From the NCBI GenBank assembly GCA_965116875.1, contig OZ220733.1:768001-832000 (forward strand): a stretch of DNA of 64,000 bases. The letters run 5' to 3'. Below are positions 38,501 to 47,673 of this stretch, piece by piece (within the stretch, counting starts at the first letter, position 1; the number at the start of each line of letters is the position of its first letter). A program made the position numbers and the translations under genes. Source of the stretch: Candidatus Latescibacterota bacterium (GTDB lineage: Bacteria; Latescibacterota; UBA2968; GCA-2709665). Below the pieces are notes generated by a model. The model searched no databases. It had not been told where the DNA came from and was given only the letters and a program-made list of their open reading frames with translations.

Positions 38501-41288
38501 GGAAGTCGTTGGTGATCACGGCCGCGAGTGCGGAAGCCGAGATATACGCGATCGAGCCTCCGTCCGCCTTTGCAGTCATTTCCTCCGCCAGGCACGTGAA
38601 TCTCGGATCCGAGAATTGTCCGTTCAGGCAGGACAGCGCAACCACGATCGGCAATCGGTCCGCATTGACGATCTGGCGCATATAGTTATAGCTTTCTCTC
38701 TGCGAACTTCCTCTCAGGAACCGCGCCATTCCCGATACGCTTCCGTGCCCCAGGAAATTCACCAGCAGCCGACCCTCGTTGATCTGGCGGATGACTTCGC
38801 CCGTGTCCTCGTTGGGTTCAGGTCCGATGTCCTCGCCGTTGTAGACTTTGAAGGACTCCAACCCCAGCGGCTCGGTGTAACTCGTCGACAGCCGGTCGCT
38901 GGGGGAAGTGAAGATTGACAATGGATCGTAGTTGGCCATAAACAGCGCCCGGTCCCGCCACCGGTCGTGCGGCGCCTGGTCGTAGGCGACGATTTTGCGG
39001 ACCAGGGCCGCCGCCGCCCTTCGGGTAGCCACCGGTAGCCGGCCCACGAACACATCCTGGAACAGATCGTCTTCAGGACCCGCAACGGCGCCGAAGAAGT
39101 GGTCCGTGTACGTCAGCCCCCTTCTTACGGACTGGAAGGGAAGCGAGGGAACAACGGACCTGTCCACGTGACGCTTCACAACGGATGCGTCAAAGTTGCG
39201 CCGGTAGTCGAAACTGTCCGGACCGAATAACAGGAGGTAGGTGGGTCGCCGCGTCCAGTTTTCGAAGGCGTGTCGCACGAATCGGCGGATTGCCCGCGGC
39301 TCGAAATGCCCGAAAGAAAATGCGTCGTAAATGTCCGTAACGTCCACGACCTGAGCCTGCAGCCCCCGCCCACGCCGGTGATCCGCCAGCCGCCCTGCCG
39401 CCTCGAGAAACCGGGGATGGGCGACAATTACGTAGTCGGCGCCCTCCTGCCCGAACGCCGGCACCCTGGCGGCTTCCCCGGCCGGCGCCCTTGCGATGGC
39501 TTCTGAATCCATCGCGACAAATCGTCCGGATACGGCCGGCAGTTCGAATCGGGCGTGAAATCCCGCATCCCCCCGCGTCACCTCGATTTGCCGTATCCTT
39601 CGCGCCGCGGCGACGTCGTAGACGGTCACGTCGGCGTCACGAAAACCCGAGATCGAGAAGGTGCGGCCATCGTCGGTCTCATCCGGCGCGAACTCCAGCT
39701 TGCCGTCTACGCATTCAAAACGCCGGGAATATGCGACCTCCACCCAGTTGAGGTACACGTGTTCGATATAGTCGGCCGGAAAATCCGCGGCTCCCGGCGT
39801 CGCGAGCGTCACCCGGGTCGTTTCGTCGAGCTCCGACACCGGTACCGCACCCTCGGCAACAAACCTTCGTTTCCCGTCCCACCGGTCGTCAGCCACAACC
39901 GTGCCGCCGGCAAGCCGCACGACCGTACGATGATCGGGATCGAAACGTCGCCTGAAGGTCAGTCCGTGCATCCCCACGCGAACGCGGGCCGTCGTTCCCG
40001 GAGTGCGGTCCAACCCCGGCAATGCGACGGGAACGGTCACGGGGTACTCGCCGATGTTCTGAAGACCCGTACCCGGCCTGCCCGGCGAGCCCGTCCGTCC
40101 CCAGTACCAGTGGTCGCGATTCGCGTCCGGAGCGTCTCCGAGCGGATCGTAGAGCGAGTCGACCTCGGCGTGGACCCTGTGCGTAAACAGGGCAACCGGC
40201 GGATATCCGCTCCCGGGAGAACCGTCCACCTCCTCAAAACGCATGCCGGGTCTGCCTTCAAGCGTGAGCCAGTAGACCTGTTCCCGTCCCAGTTCATGCT
40301 CGAAATTCCGGTCCGGCGTGCGTCGGTATTCGCCATAGAAGATCGCGCCCTCGCCCTCGCCAGTCACACCGTCTCCATCGTCCCGCACGTCGACAGGCAC
40401 CTCCTGACCGTTCAGATAGATCTTCAGGCGCGCCAAATCCCCCGTCTGAAGAGCGATGCCCGCATCCGAAAACCACGTCGCGTCCAGCCGATACAGCCCG
40501 TCATCCCGTATCCGAATCTTGTAGTAGTCGGCCGCCGGATCCAGGTTTTCCGAAATCCGCGGCTTCCTGAGCCCTTCGCCCGGTTCGGCCCGGCCCCTCC
40601 AGGGCCGTGCCTGATCCGCGTTCAACAATGACGTTTCGTAGAGTCTCTCAAACCCGCCGCCAACGCCTTCATCCGAAGGCGAAACACCGATGGAGCGCTC
40701 ATCACGCAGGAACCGTACGTACACCCGGAGCTTGCGGGCGACGAGAAGCTGCTGCCGCGCCGGATTGTACTGGATGGGCCTCAACGAAATTCCGGCGACG
40801 CGCTGGTCCCGCATGACGCCAATGCGGGTCACCACCGCCTGTTGTTCGGGATAAAGGACGTCGGTGGCGTAAAAACCCGCATCCGGCTCGTAGACCTCAT
40901 CCTCGGTCCCGAACGCCCCCCGGCCCGTCGACCCGGGCTGCGGCGCAGGCAAAAGCAGCACCCCCGAAATCTCGTCGTACTCCGCTTCTACAACCGAAAC
41001 CGCAACCCTCGCACCGAAGGGCACACCCAGCAGCGTCCCGCGTACAGGCACCGCCGGACGCCCGGGTTCGGGCAAAATCATTCCCCCCGGCAACTGAACC
41101 TGTGTGTAGGAGACACCTTCAAGCTGTACGGGTTGAAGCTGAACGTCCAATCCGTCCACCTCGATCTCGACTCCGTCCGCGCCCGTTCGCACCAGCCGCG
41201 GCTCACCTCCATAGGCATTGGGTGTCCAATCAGGAATCAGGAGCGCCACAGGGCAGAACACACAAACTAGCAGGAAACGCGTCACCAT
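35520..41288 (-). CDS. Gingipain/PorU-like C25 cysteine peptidase with propeptide, CARDB domains and FlgD/T9SS-like C-terminal domain
   Basis: C25 propeptide (EPGRPAVPV..LLGVP; RDQRVA.I...PIQYNP). YKIRIRDDGLYRL; ADYVIVAH..F; YLLLFG; VFVGRLP. Catalytic dyad motifs NFLGHG and LSCLNGQF. C-terminus NVPNP...IFTVSGRLIR...WDGRD.DG..LANGVYLY. Confidence 0.9.
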   Translation of the reverse strand: MVTRFLLVCVFCPVALLIPDWTPNAYGGEPRLVRTGADGVEIEVDGLDVQLQPVQLEGVSYTQVQLPGGMILPEPGRPAVPVRGTLLGVPFGARVAVSVVEAEYDEISGVLLLPAPQPGSTGRGAFGTEDEVYEPDAGFYATDVLYPEQQAVVTRIGVMRDQRVAGISLRPIQYNPARQQLLVARKLRVYVRFLRDERSIGVSPSDEGVGGGFERLYETSLLNADQARPWRGRAEPGEGLRKPRISENLDPAADYYKIRIRDDGLYRLDATWFSDAGIALQTGDLARLKIYLNGQEVPVDVRDDGDGVTGEGEGAIFYGEYRRTPDRNFEHELGREQVYWLTLEGRPGMRFEEVDGSPGSGYPPVALFTHRVHAEVDSLYDPLGDAPDANRDHWYWGRTGSPGRPGTGLQNIGEYPVTVPVALPGLDRTPGTTARVRVGMHGLTFRRRFDPDHRTVVRLAGGTVVADDRWDGKRRFVAEGAVPVSELDETTRVTLATPGAADFPADYIEHVYLNWVEVAYSRRFECVDGKLEFAPDETDDGRTFSISGFRDADVTVYDVAAARRIRQIEVTRGDAGFHARFELPAVSGRFVAMDSEAIARAPAGEAARVPAFGQEGADYVIVAHPRFLEAAGRLADHRRGRGLQAQVVDVTDIYDAFSFGHFEPRAIRRFVRHAFENWTRRPTYLLLFGPDSFDYRRNFDASVVKRHVDRSVVPSLPFQSVRRGLTYTDHFFGAVAGPEDDLFQDVFVGRLPVATRRAAAALVRKIVAYDQAPHDRWRDRALFMANYDPLSIFTSPSDRLSTSYTEPLGLESFKVYNGEDIGPEPNEDTGEVIRQINEGRLLVNFLGHGSVSGMARFLRGSSQRESYNYMRQIVNADRLPIVVALSCLNGQFSDPRFTCLAEEMTAKADGGSIAYISASALAAVITNDFLNDRLFGAFFRDGVREFGAGLGIAKAALDTRFPELKTLTLGMQLIGDPAQELAILPNPDFALDSGSLRVERTTRLTVEDSVRIAFRIENAGITPRKGPAAVLVDRNLDRGVADTLFSGVFPAFGHRDSTAVLWPLAGRAGRHLLTLTVDPDDEIPELDEANNQAEVELEVSGTLSAVPTMPGQSQVVPASAVRLAVRAGTAAGEVYGEFEVSGLPAFDGPGVIRSGNVGGREGFVLWKMPEPAPGTYYWRARVREGDEFGAWSAIMEFTVQSAAPAREVLWQQDASGAFRWADGRDVRLAEGAVSRVVDPPPLRLNADTREEAFAAEGVRGTGVLCTDGAYLYVNRFYSPTAVYPGTDIFERIGTGFRGTRAGQNHGVLAEKPVLGVSASYHSDGFIYADNRRDRELARIAPSTGVVDRVQVPEGLMEFRTGLVFDGHSLITSDGAYIYNLAAAVDGVQRAGWSVRVFDPSNGWRLEREFTVGPTETGFAYLVTDGVIADGRYLYLIEFGTGLTHRVRVVDARNGEFIEEYESDQAETDILTGQYDWINNKVWMGQLNGPMIYRYAGKTLPPYGTLTSEPIGPAGAWHALTLDVRDAPGGRAEVELLGASPSGGFAPLADWAGLDAGEEIHLGDLKEDRILVRVRLFGEELGPSAGLTGWQVRYRPQSDLALSGLNAAPLEVDELDPVRLTVQARNMGPLDRVPGAVVAFYSGASETGRLIGRASVPEETPAGETTSVSLVWNTARFAGTNVVTARLEDLSGRRSHYVRETTADETVEVRPSDDRTGPALVLVALDAAGEVRPDDFLPSTPKFSAVFRDSSGIDAGSVRIVLVGPEDEISDVLRSDRVSDRKEDGTSLEFTWSPRLDDGRYTLSVSGTDRLGNGPAEKSIAFQVSSDLAIERVLNVPNPTAEATEFTYILSRPAEVVIRIFTVSGRLIRILDGAPGRAGYNQVRWDGRDADGHLLANGVYLYTVTADDGRKRVREKERLIVYR

Positions 41289-41293
41289 ATTTT

Positions 41294-43009
41294 TTACCTT
41301 GTTTCGATTCGAAGCTGCAATCCGCCGATCCCTCCGCGGTCGAAGATCACCACGCGGTCGCGTCGGCCCGTTTCGAGTACAAACTCGGCCTGTCCGGGGC
41401 CATGATACCGGGATTCGCCCCACGGCTTCCTGATTACCGTGGGGCGCAGCCTGCCGTCTGCCCCGTATAGCGATCCGGCGTCCGCCTGCCCGTGCGCCGA
41501 GAAATAACCGCCGTTCCTGACGTCGATTCTCCAGTGTTTTGGACCCATCCGCGTGACCCCGGTCTCAAAGCCGCGTGGATCCGTAAGCCAGCAATGGTTC
41601 ACGGCAACCACGGGCGTTTCGACACCCGTGCGGACCACCAGCGCCTGGCTCAATCCAAATGCGTACAATGGTATTTCGCCGAGGCTGCCCGGCGGACTCA
41701 ATGCGGAAGGCACGTTGAGTACATAGAGTGTTCCTCTGTCTTCTTTCGTGAGCGGCGTCAGCGTATCCAGGACGTTCTCGCTCAGGACGGAAGCTTCCCG
41801 CCAGAACCATCCCTCGCGCGCAAGCACCAGGCCATAGTAACCCACCAACGCCGCCAGAAGCAGGTTCCTGCATCGCAGAACAGCCCTTCGGTCCGGCTTC
41901 CACGCAGCCCAGACATTTGCAACCGCAATGCAGAAGAACACGGAAGGCAGGTAGAGATACCACCGGTGAACCCGTCCCAGAACGGGCGCCAGACTGACCA
42001 GGGTCATCCCGCCAAGGTACAGCGTGTCCCGAAGCACCCGGCGCGGCCGGCCGGACAACCAGAACACGACGGCGGTCGCCGCCAGCAGAACAATACCGAA
42101 AAGCCGGAAATCCGCCATCCCCATTTTCGCACCGGACTTGAGCACGTCCATGCCGAGGCCGGACAGCGTCAGGTTCCGGTCCGGAATCCCGGAGAGTATC
42201 CCGCCCAGAACGATCCAACGCGCGCACAGGTAGATGCCCATGGCCAGGCCACAGCACAATAGCGCCCTGCGCGCTGTCGCGGATCGGACCGTCCTGACTT
42301 GACAGAACAGGACCAACATGACGGCCGGCAGGGTCAGCGCCATTTCCTTCGAAAAGAAGGCCAGCAGGGAACACAGGCCCCCACCCGCGAGCAGTCCGGG
42401 AGACGGGCGTTCCATGTAGGCCAGGAACAGGAGAAGCGCAGAGAGATAGAACAGCGCACAGACGGAGTCCGTGCGGCCCACGATCCAGAATACGGTATCG
42501 ACGTGGACGGGCAACACAAGGAAGAGGAAGAGCGCCGTCCAGGCGGCCAATGCCCCATTCGTCAGGCGCCGTGCCACCAGATAGACCAGTATCCCGCAAA
42601 AACAATGGATCAGTACATTGACAACGTGATACGGGAGCGGATCGTATTCCGCCAGCAGAAAGGTGCCGTAGAGCGTCATGGCGACAACCGGACGATAGTA
42701 TCCGCCGGCCCCCGTGAGCCCTGTCCAGCCCGTGGTGAGAATCGATCGTATTCCCTTTTCGCACAGACGGAGGTGCCCCCAATCGTCGTCCAGCAGCGAC
42801 ACGCCGGAAGACAGCCACGCAATCAGGACGACGGCCAACCCGAACGCCAGAACGCCCGCGCAGGTCCAGCCGGAGGAACCGAGCTCCCTCAAGGAGACAC
42901 CCAAAATAAAAAAACCGGCGTACACCCAGCCCCGTCCATGCCGACAGTCGGCCCTGGACGGTCTAACGCCAGTTGACGAAATTTCATATGTCGGATCGCG
43001 ACCGTGCAC
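41294..43009 (-). CDS. GT-C fold membrane glycosyltransferase (PMT/ArnT/TMTC-like)
   Basis: LLDDDWGHL, YYRPV, YHVVNVLIH, PVHVDTVFWIVGR and SKEMAL motifs, with many transmembrane segments. The start is uncertain. Confidence 0.75.
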   Translation of the reverse strand: MHGRDPTYEISSTGVRPSRADCRHGRGWVYAGFFILGVSLRELGSSGWTCAGVLAFGLAVVLIAWLSSGVSLLDDDWGHLRLCEKGIRSILTTGWTGLTGAGGYYRPVVAMTLYGTFLLAEYDPLPYHVVNVLIHCFCGILVYLVARRLTNGALAAWTALFLFLVLPVHVDTVFWIVGRTDSVCALFYLSALLLFLAYMERPSPGLLAGGGLCSLLAFFSKEMALTLPAVMLVLFCQVRTVRSATARRALLCCGLAMGIYLCARWIVLGGILSGIPDRNLTLSGLGMDVLKSGAKMGMADFRLFGIVLLAATAVVFWLSGRPRRVLRDTLYLGGMTLVSLAPVLGRVHRWYLYLPSVFFCIAVANVWAAWKPDRRAVLRCRNLLLAALVGYYGLVLAREGWFWREASVLSENVLDTLTPLTKEDRGTLYVLNVPSALSPPGSLGEIPLYAFGLSQALVVRTGVETPVVAVNHCWLTDPRGFETGVTRMGPKHWRIDVRNGGYFSAHGQADAGSLYGADGRLRPTVIRKPWGESRYHGPGQAEFVLETGRRDRVVIFDRGGIGGLQLRIETR

Positions 43010-43075
43010 CGGAGGGTTCGCCCCGGCCGCTATCGCGACCCAGGTACGCGAACCGTTGTGCCGACGATCGATCTG

Positions 43076-44050
43076 CTAGGATTCGAAATAGCTGATGATG
43101 CGCCGGAGTGTGTTGTCGAGGCTCATTTTCGGCTCGTAATTCACGAACGATCTGATTTTGGAGAGATCCGGCACCCGATAGTTGAGATCTTCGTACGATC
43201 CCTTTGCGAATGCCTTGTCGTAAGGCACGAATTCAATAGGCGCATCGCTTTCCGTCAGTGCCTTGACCTTGTGCGCCAGTTTTACTATGCTGGTTTCGTT
43301 GGTCGAAACGTTCCCGCCCAGATTGAAGATTTCACCCGGCGTGTCGGGATGTTCAGCCAGCGCGACCAGTCCGTCGAGTGCGTCTTCGATATCGGTAAAG
43401 CAGCGCCGCTGTTCCCCGTCGCCGTACACGGTAATGGGGTGGCCCAGGAGCGCCTGCTTGACCATTCGCGGTACAACCATCCCGTAATCGCCGGTCTGCC
43501 GGGGCCCGATGACGTTGAAAAAACGCACAATGAGCATCGGCAGTTTCTTTTCACGCCAATACGACAGCCCCAGCATCTCGTCCACCGCCTTTGTCGTGGA
43601 ATAGATCCAGCGGTCGACGGTAATGGGCCCGAGCAATCGATCGTCGTTTTCCTGGAACGAGACCTTTCCGTTCTTCTTGCCGTACACCTCGGACGTCGAC
43701 GCGAGCATGACGCGCTTCTTGTCTCTGTTGGCGAGTTCCAGGACGTTTTCGGTGCCCCTGATGTTGGTTGTCAGTGAATGCAGCGGATTGTCGATGATGT
43801 AGTTCACACCCACCGCAGCGGCAAGGTGATAGATCGTATCGCACCATTCCACCAGCGGACGCAGCGTTTCCGACTCCAGTATCGTACCCACCTTGATGTT
43901 GAACCGGGGATTGGACTCAAGGTGGTGGATGTTGTTGTAGTCTCCGGTGGAAAGATCGTCGAGTACGGCAACTTCGTCGCCGCGCCTCAAATGCCGTTCG
44001 GCCAGATGTGATCCAATAAACCCCGCCCCGCCGGTTATCAACACCTTCAT
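43076..44050 (-). CDS. NAD-dependent nucleotide-sugar epimerase/dehydratase
   Basis: MKVLITGGAGFIGSHL; HLAAAVGV; ASTSEVYG; YSTTK; RFFNVIGPRQ. Confidence 0.93.
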   Translation of the reverse strand: MKVLITGGAGFIGSHLAERHLRRGDEVAVLDDLSTGDYNNIHHLESNPRFNIKVGTILESETLRPLVEWCDTIYHLAAAVGVNYIIDNPLHSLTTNIRGTENVLELANRDKKRVMLASTSEVYGKKNGKVSFQENDDRLLGPITVDRWIYSTTKAVDEMLGLSYWREKKLPMLIVRFFNVIGPRQTGDYGMVVPRMVKQALLGHPITVYGDGEQRRCFTDIEDALDGLVALAEHPDTPGEIFNLGGNVSTNETSIVKLAHKVKALTESDAPIEFVPYDKAFAKGSYEDLNYRVPDLSKIRSFVNYEPKMSLDNTLRRIISYFES

Positions 44051-45255
44051 GCGTACTTCCCTTCCCAGCAGTCGCCCGGAGAACCGCCTCCGGTCCGCTT
44101 GTTTTCGGATAGCCTACGATAGAGGTGGCTGAAATCCTCCGTCAGTCTTTTCATCCCGAACGAGTCAACGATTCTGCGCCGCTCTTCAACGGAAATCTTC
44201 CGCCGTTCCCGTAACGCCCGCTGAATCCCTGCGGCAAGCGCCCTGGCGTCGCCGGGCGCGACCATCAGGCCAATCCTCTCGCACCGAAGCAAATCGGGCA
44301 CGCCGCCCACACGAGTGGCAACCACGTAACATCCGCATGCCACCGACTCCAACAGCGCAACCGGCAACCCCTCGTGATGCGAAGACAGCACCGAAAGATC
44401 GAGGGAACCGTATATGCGCGCCATGTCGTCTCGAAAACCCGTAAACCGGACGCTGTCCCCGAGTCCTGTTTCTCGCGCCGCACACTCGAGTTCAGCCCGC
44501 AACTCACCGTCGCCCACCACGACGAACCGGACATCCGGCAGCGCCTCGACCACCTGTTCGGCGGCGGACAGAAAGATGTCGACGCCCTTGATCGGCACAA
44601 GCCGCGCCACAAGACCGACAAGCCTCGTCGAGGCGCCGAAACCCAGTTCCTCGCGGAAGCCCGCATCGCCCCTTTTCCGGTTCAGAAACGGTTCCAGATC
44701 CACACCCAATGGAACGGTGCGGATTCGGGACGGCGTCCCGACACGGTCGGCCAAGAGTTCATCGCGTTGCAGTTCCGAGACGGCAACCAGAAGGTCGGTG
44801 CGGCGTGCCAGCAGCCTCTCCACAAGCAGGATCAGGCTGGTCTTCCAGGCCGAAAAATAGCCTTTGAAAACCAGACCGTGAAACGTATGCAGCGTTACGG
44901 GTACTCCGGCCAGCCAGGCCGCGATACGCCCAACCACGCCCGCTTTCGACTTGTGGGTGTGGACAATCTCCGGGCGAACGCGCCTCAACAGACGATACAG
45001 CGCGACGAGCACCCGGATATCGCGAATCGGTACAATCGCCCGGCTGAACCCGGGCATCTCCAGGGGTTGAATTCCGGAACGGCGGATCACGTCATCCATT
45101 TCGGCTTCGCCGGGTGCGACCTGCCCTTTGACCACGGTGGAACGATAACCCCGGGACTCCAGCGCCCTGGAAAGAAAGAGCAGATAGGGCGTTGGGCCGC
45201 CAACGTTCAGGCGATCGATAATTTGAACCAGTTGAATCGGCGTTTGCGCCGGCAA
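44047..45255 (-). CDS. GT4 family glycosyltransferase
   Basis: RLNVGGP, VHTH..KAG..GR, HTFHG, VARLVPIKG, EGLPVALLE. Confidence 0.92.
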   Translation of the reverse strand: MPAQTPIQLVQIIDRLNVGGPTPYLLFLSRALESRGYRSTVVKGQVAPGEAEMDDVIRRSGIQPLEMPGFSRAIVPIRDIRVLVALYRLLRRVRPEIVHTHKSKAGVVGRIAAWLAGVPVTLHTFHGLVFKGYFSAWKTSLILLVERLLARRTDLLVAVSELQRDELLADRVGTPSRIRTVPLGVDLEPFLNRKRGDAGFREELGFGASTRLVGLVARLVPIKGVDIFLSAAEQVVEALPDVRFVVVGDGELRAELECAARETGLGDSVRFTGFRDDMARIYGSLDLSVLSSHHEGLPVALLESVACGCYVVATRVGGVPDLLRCERIGLMVAPGDARALAAGIQRALRERRKISVEERRRIVDSFGMKRLTEDFSHLYRRLSENKRTGGGSPGDCWEGKYA

Positions 45256-45438
45256 AGGATCCGCCGGCGTGCCGACTCCACAGGTGGCACCACCATGATC
45301 GGATTGGATAATCGGGCTCCGACGCCGGAATCAGCGTTTCAAATATAAACACCCTGTGATAAACCGGCAATGCAAAAGTTAATTTGTAATTATAAGTGTG
45401 TTGAATAGATGTGTACGGACAACCCGGACGATGCCCGC

Positions 45439-46527
45439 TCAAAACTGTGCCCGGGCCGCCGAATTCAGGATCTGCAACAGCCTCCGGCTGCTCCGGTTGA
45501 GGGAATAACACGCTTCCATTTTTGCCCGTCCGGCCTTGCCCAACCGATGCCGAAGCGCACGATCATGAATCAGCCGATCCAGACAGGACACCCATTCGTC
45601 GTGGGTGCCTGCACAATAGCCGTTGACGCCGTCCTCCACGATTTCGCGGTTAATCCCCACCGGGCTGCTTACAGCAGGAATACCCATCGAGAGGTATTGC
45701 AGAAGCTTGTACCCGCCCTTGCCCCGGGTCCACGGATCGTCGGGCAGCGGCATCAGGCCGATATCGAAGCCGCGCATGTCCTGAACCTCGGTCTGCAGGG
45801 ACCACGGGCGCCATTCCATCGGCACGGCATCGGTGCGAAAACCGCCCTCGCCGATCAGACAGAGCCTGAGATTGGAGTGCCGGACGCCCAACTCGGCCAA
45901 AGGCTCCCGGATCAGCTCCAGGTACGGAGCGGACGTGTAACTGCCAATCCAGCCGAGAACCACACCGTCGCATTCCCCGTCTGCTCTGCCGGGCGAATAC
46001 CGCTGTGTGTCGATCGGCCCGGTGATGATTGATATCCTGGGACAATACCGTTCGGCATAAGCGGCCGTGTAGGTGTTTTCGACGACGGCCCCGGATGCCG
46101 CACGAAGCATCCGCGCCAACCCTCGCGAGTGATGCCACGTTCGGAGCCTCGCCATCCAGTCTTCACCGGGCGCCTCGGTCGTGAAAATCGCGTCGTCGAA
46201 ATCGAAGATGACCTTCTTTGAAAAGAGCCGCAACAGCCAGGCGACGGGCGCGCAGAAAAAAACCCGCTGCACAAACACAACGTGGTACCGGGGCGCCGAC
46301 CCGAGGGTGCGCAGCCCCGCCAGGAGCGAGCGCCACCACACCCATGTATAGTGGATCAGGCGCCCGATTCCTCTCCTGGAGTACGTCCAGGTGGAGATCC
46401 GGTCGGGCAAGACAACCGATACGTCGGCCTCTACGCCATTGGCTCTGAGGAAGGGGAGATAGTCGAACACGCGTGTACGGCTGGCGGCGAACCGGGGCCC
46501 GGTGAGCGCGACGAAAAAAACTCTCAA
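45439..46527 (-). CDS. GT4-like glycosyltransferase
   Basis: ASRTRV, FDFDDAIF, LGWIGS, DIGLMPL.D..W..GK.GYKLLQY..MG.P.V.SPVG.N. Confidence 0.9.
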   Translation of the reverse strand: MRVFFVALTGPRFAASRTRVFDYLPFLRANGVEADVSVVLPDRISTWTYSRRGIGRLIHYTWVWWRSLLAGLRTLGSAPRYHVVFVQRVFFCAPVAWLLRLFSKKVIFDFDDAIFTTEAPGEDWMARLRTWHHSRGLARMLRAASGAVVENTYTAAYAERYCPRISIITGPIDTQRYSPGRADGECDGVVLGWIGSYTSAPYLELIREPLAELGVRHSNLRLCLIGEGGFRTDAVPMEWRPWSLQTEVQDMRGFDIGLMPLPDDPWTRGKGGYKLLQYLSMGIPAVSSPVGINREIVEDGVNGYCAGTHDEWVSCLDRLIHDRALRHRLGKAGRAKMEACYSLNRSSRRLLQILNSAARAQF

Positions 46528-46605
46528 GGCAGGAAGACTCCTTGAATATAAACACGGAAATTCGGGGAATCAATGGAAAACGGCGCGTCTACCGGGAACC
46601 CGATG

Positions 46606-47448
46606 TCAGGTAGCAAGCCACGATTCGGCCGGTTCCCGTTCGAGAAGATCGAACAACCTGCGATTTTCTTCGTGGTAGATTCCGTGCAGATGCCGAAGGA
46701 CGGACTCGCTGGGGCGGTAATCGCTCTCCGGCAAGAGGCGCCCCAGAATGCTTGTCACCGGAGACAGGATCGGAAAGTAATAGCGGGCGATCAGGTGTAC
46801 TTTGCAGGCGTCGAACCGGTTGACCTTCTGCGCCATTCCCGAAAATTGAAAGCCGTCGTCAATTTCCAGAAATGCACAGACCTTCTTCAGGCCCTCGCCC
46901 GGTCGCTGTACGATATCCTCTTCAAAGAAAAGCACCAGGATCTGATCCCGTCTGAAAAGATTCAGATAGGCGGTGAGCAACGTAAAGAACCGCCCCACCT
47001 CGAAAACTCCGAACCCGTCCAACAGGACGGATTTCTCGCCCGCCAGGAGATCGTCCATTCGATGCAGAGGCGAAATCCGGCCGGTCCTGATCAGATGCTT
47101 TGCCGCCGAGACCGCGCGGTCCACCGGATTCTTGAGGGTAACGATCAGTTTCACGTCGGGCAGATGTCTGTGGATATGCCGGTGCACGTCCGGCAGGTGA
47201 CCTTCACCTCCTCGTCCGTCGGCCCAGAAATAGTCCGGCGTTTTCTCGCCCACCCGTCTTCTGTTTTCCGCTCCTTCGAAATGACGGGCATACCATTCCA
47301 TCCCCTTTTCGTAATTGCCGGCCTTGTCGAAGAAATGAATCTCCCGATCGGCCATGTACACCTCGGGGTGCTGCCGAAGCATGGCGGCCAACCACGTCGT
47401 TCCGCATTTCTGCGCGCCGATAATCAGGAAATCCGGCCGTCGCGCCAT
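46606..47448 (-). CDS. PAPS-dependent sulfotransferase
   Basis: 5'-PSB loop PDFLIIGAQKCGTT; EIHFFD; GEKTPDY; KLIV.L.NPVDRA.S. Confidence 0.9.
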   Translation of the reverse strand: MARRPDFLIIGAQKCGTTWLAAMLRQHPEVYMADREIHFFDKAGNYEKGMEWYARHFEGAENRRRVGEKTPDYFWADGRGGEGHLPDVHRHIHRHLPDVKLIVTLKNPVDRAVSAAKHLIRTGRISPLHRMDDLLAGEKSVLLDGFGVFEVGRFFTLLTAYLNLFRRDQILVLFFEEDIVQRPGEGLKKVCAFLEIDDGFQFSGMAQKVNRFDACKVHLIARYYFPILSPVTSILGRLLPESDYRPSESVLRHLHGIYHEENRRLFDLLEREPAESWLAT

Positions 47449-47461
47449 GTCTGAATCCTTT

Positions 47462-47557
47462 CAGCCCGTTGAGAAAGTCCATCCGGTCCGCGGCCGTACT
47501 CAAAGCGTTGCCCGGCCTCGCGCGCGGGAACGCACCGGTCATCTTAAAAACAGCTTC
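47462..47557. mobile_element. Chimeric MITE-like remnant (family B left end + family A right end)
   Basis: Starts CAGCCCGTTGAGAAAGTCCATCCGG (as at 63750) and ends CGGGAACGCACCGGTCATCTTAAAAACAGCTTC (as at the end of 60860-61021). Confidence 0.6.
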
Positions 47558-47673
47558 ACACCTGTCCAAAAACGGGTGTGGTTACCTGCGAAAGTGTGCG
47601 AAATATAAGGATGGAAAATTCGCCTTTGTTCTTCCGTATATTTTCGACATTCAGGTCCCCGGGTAATTGCGAA

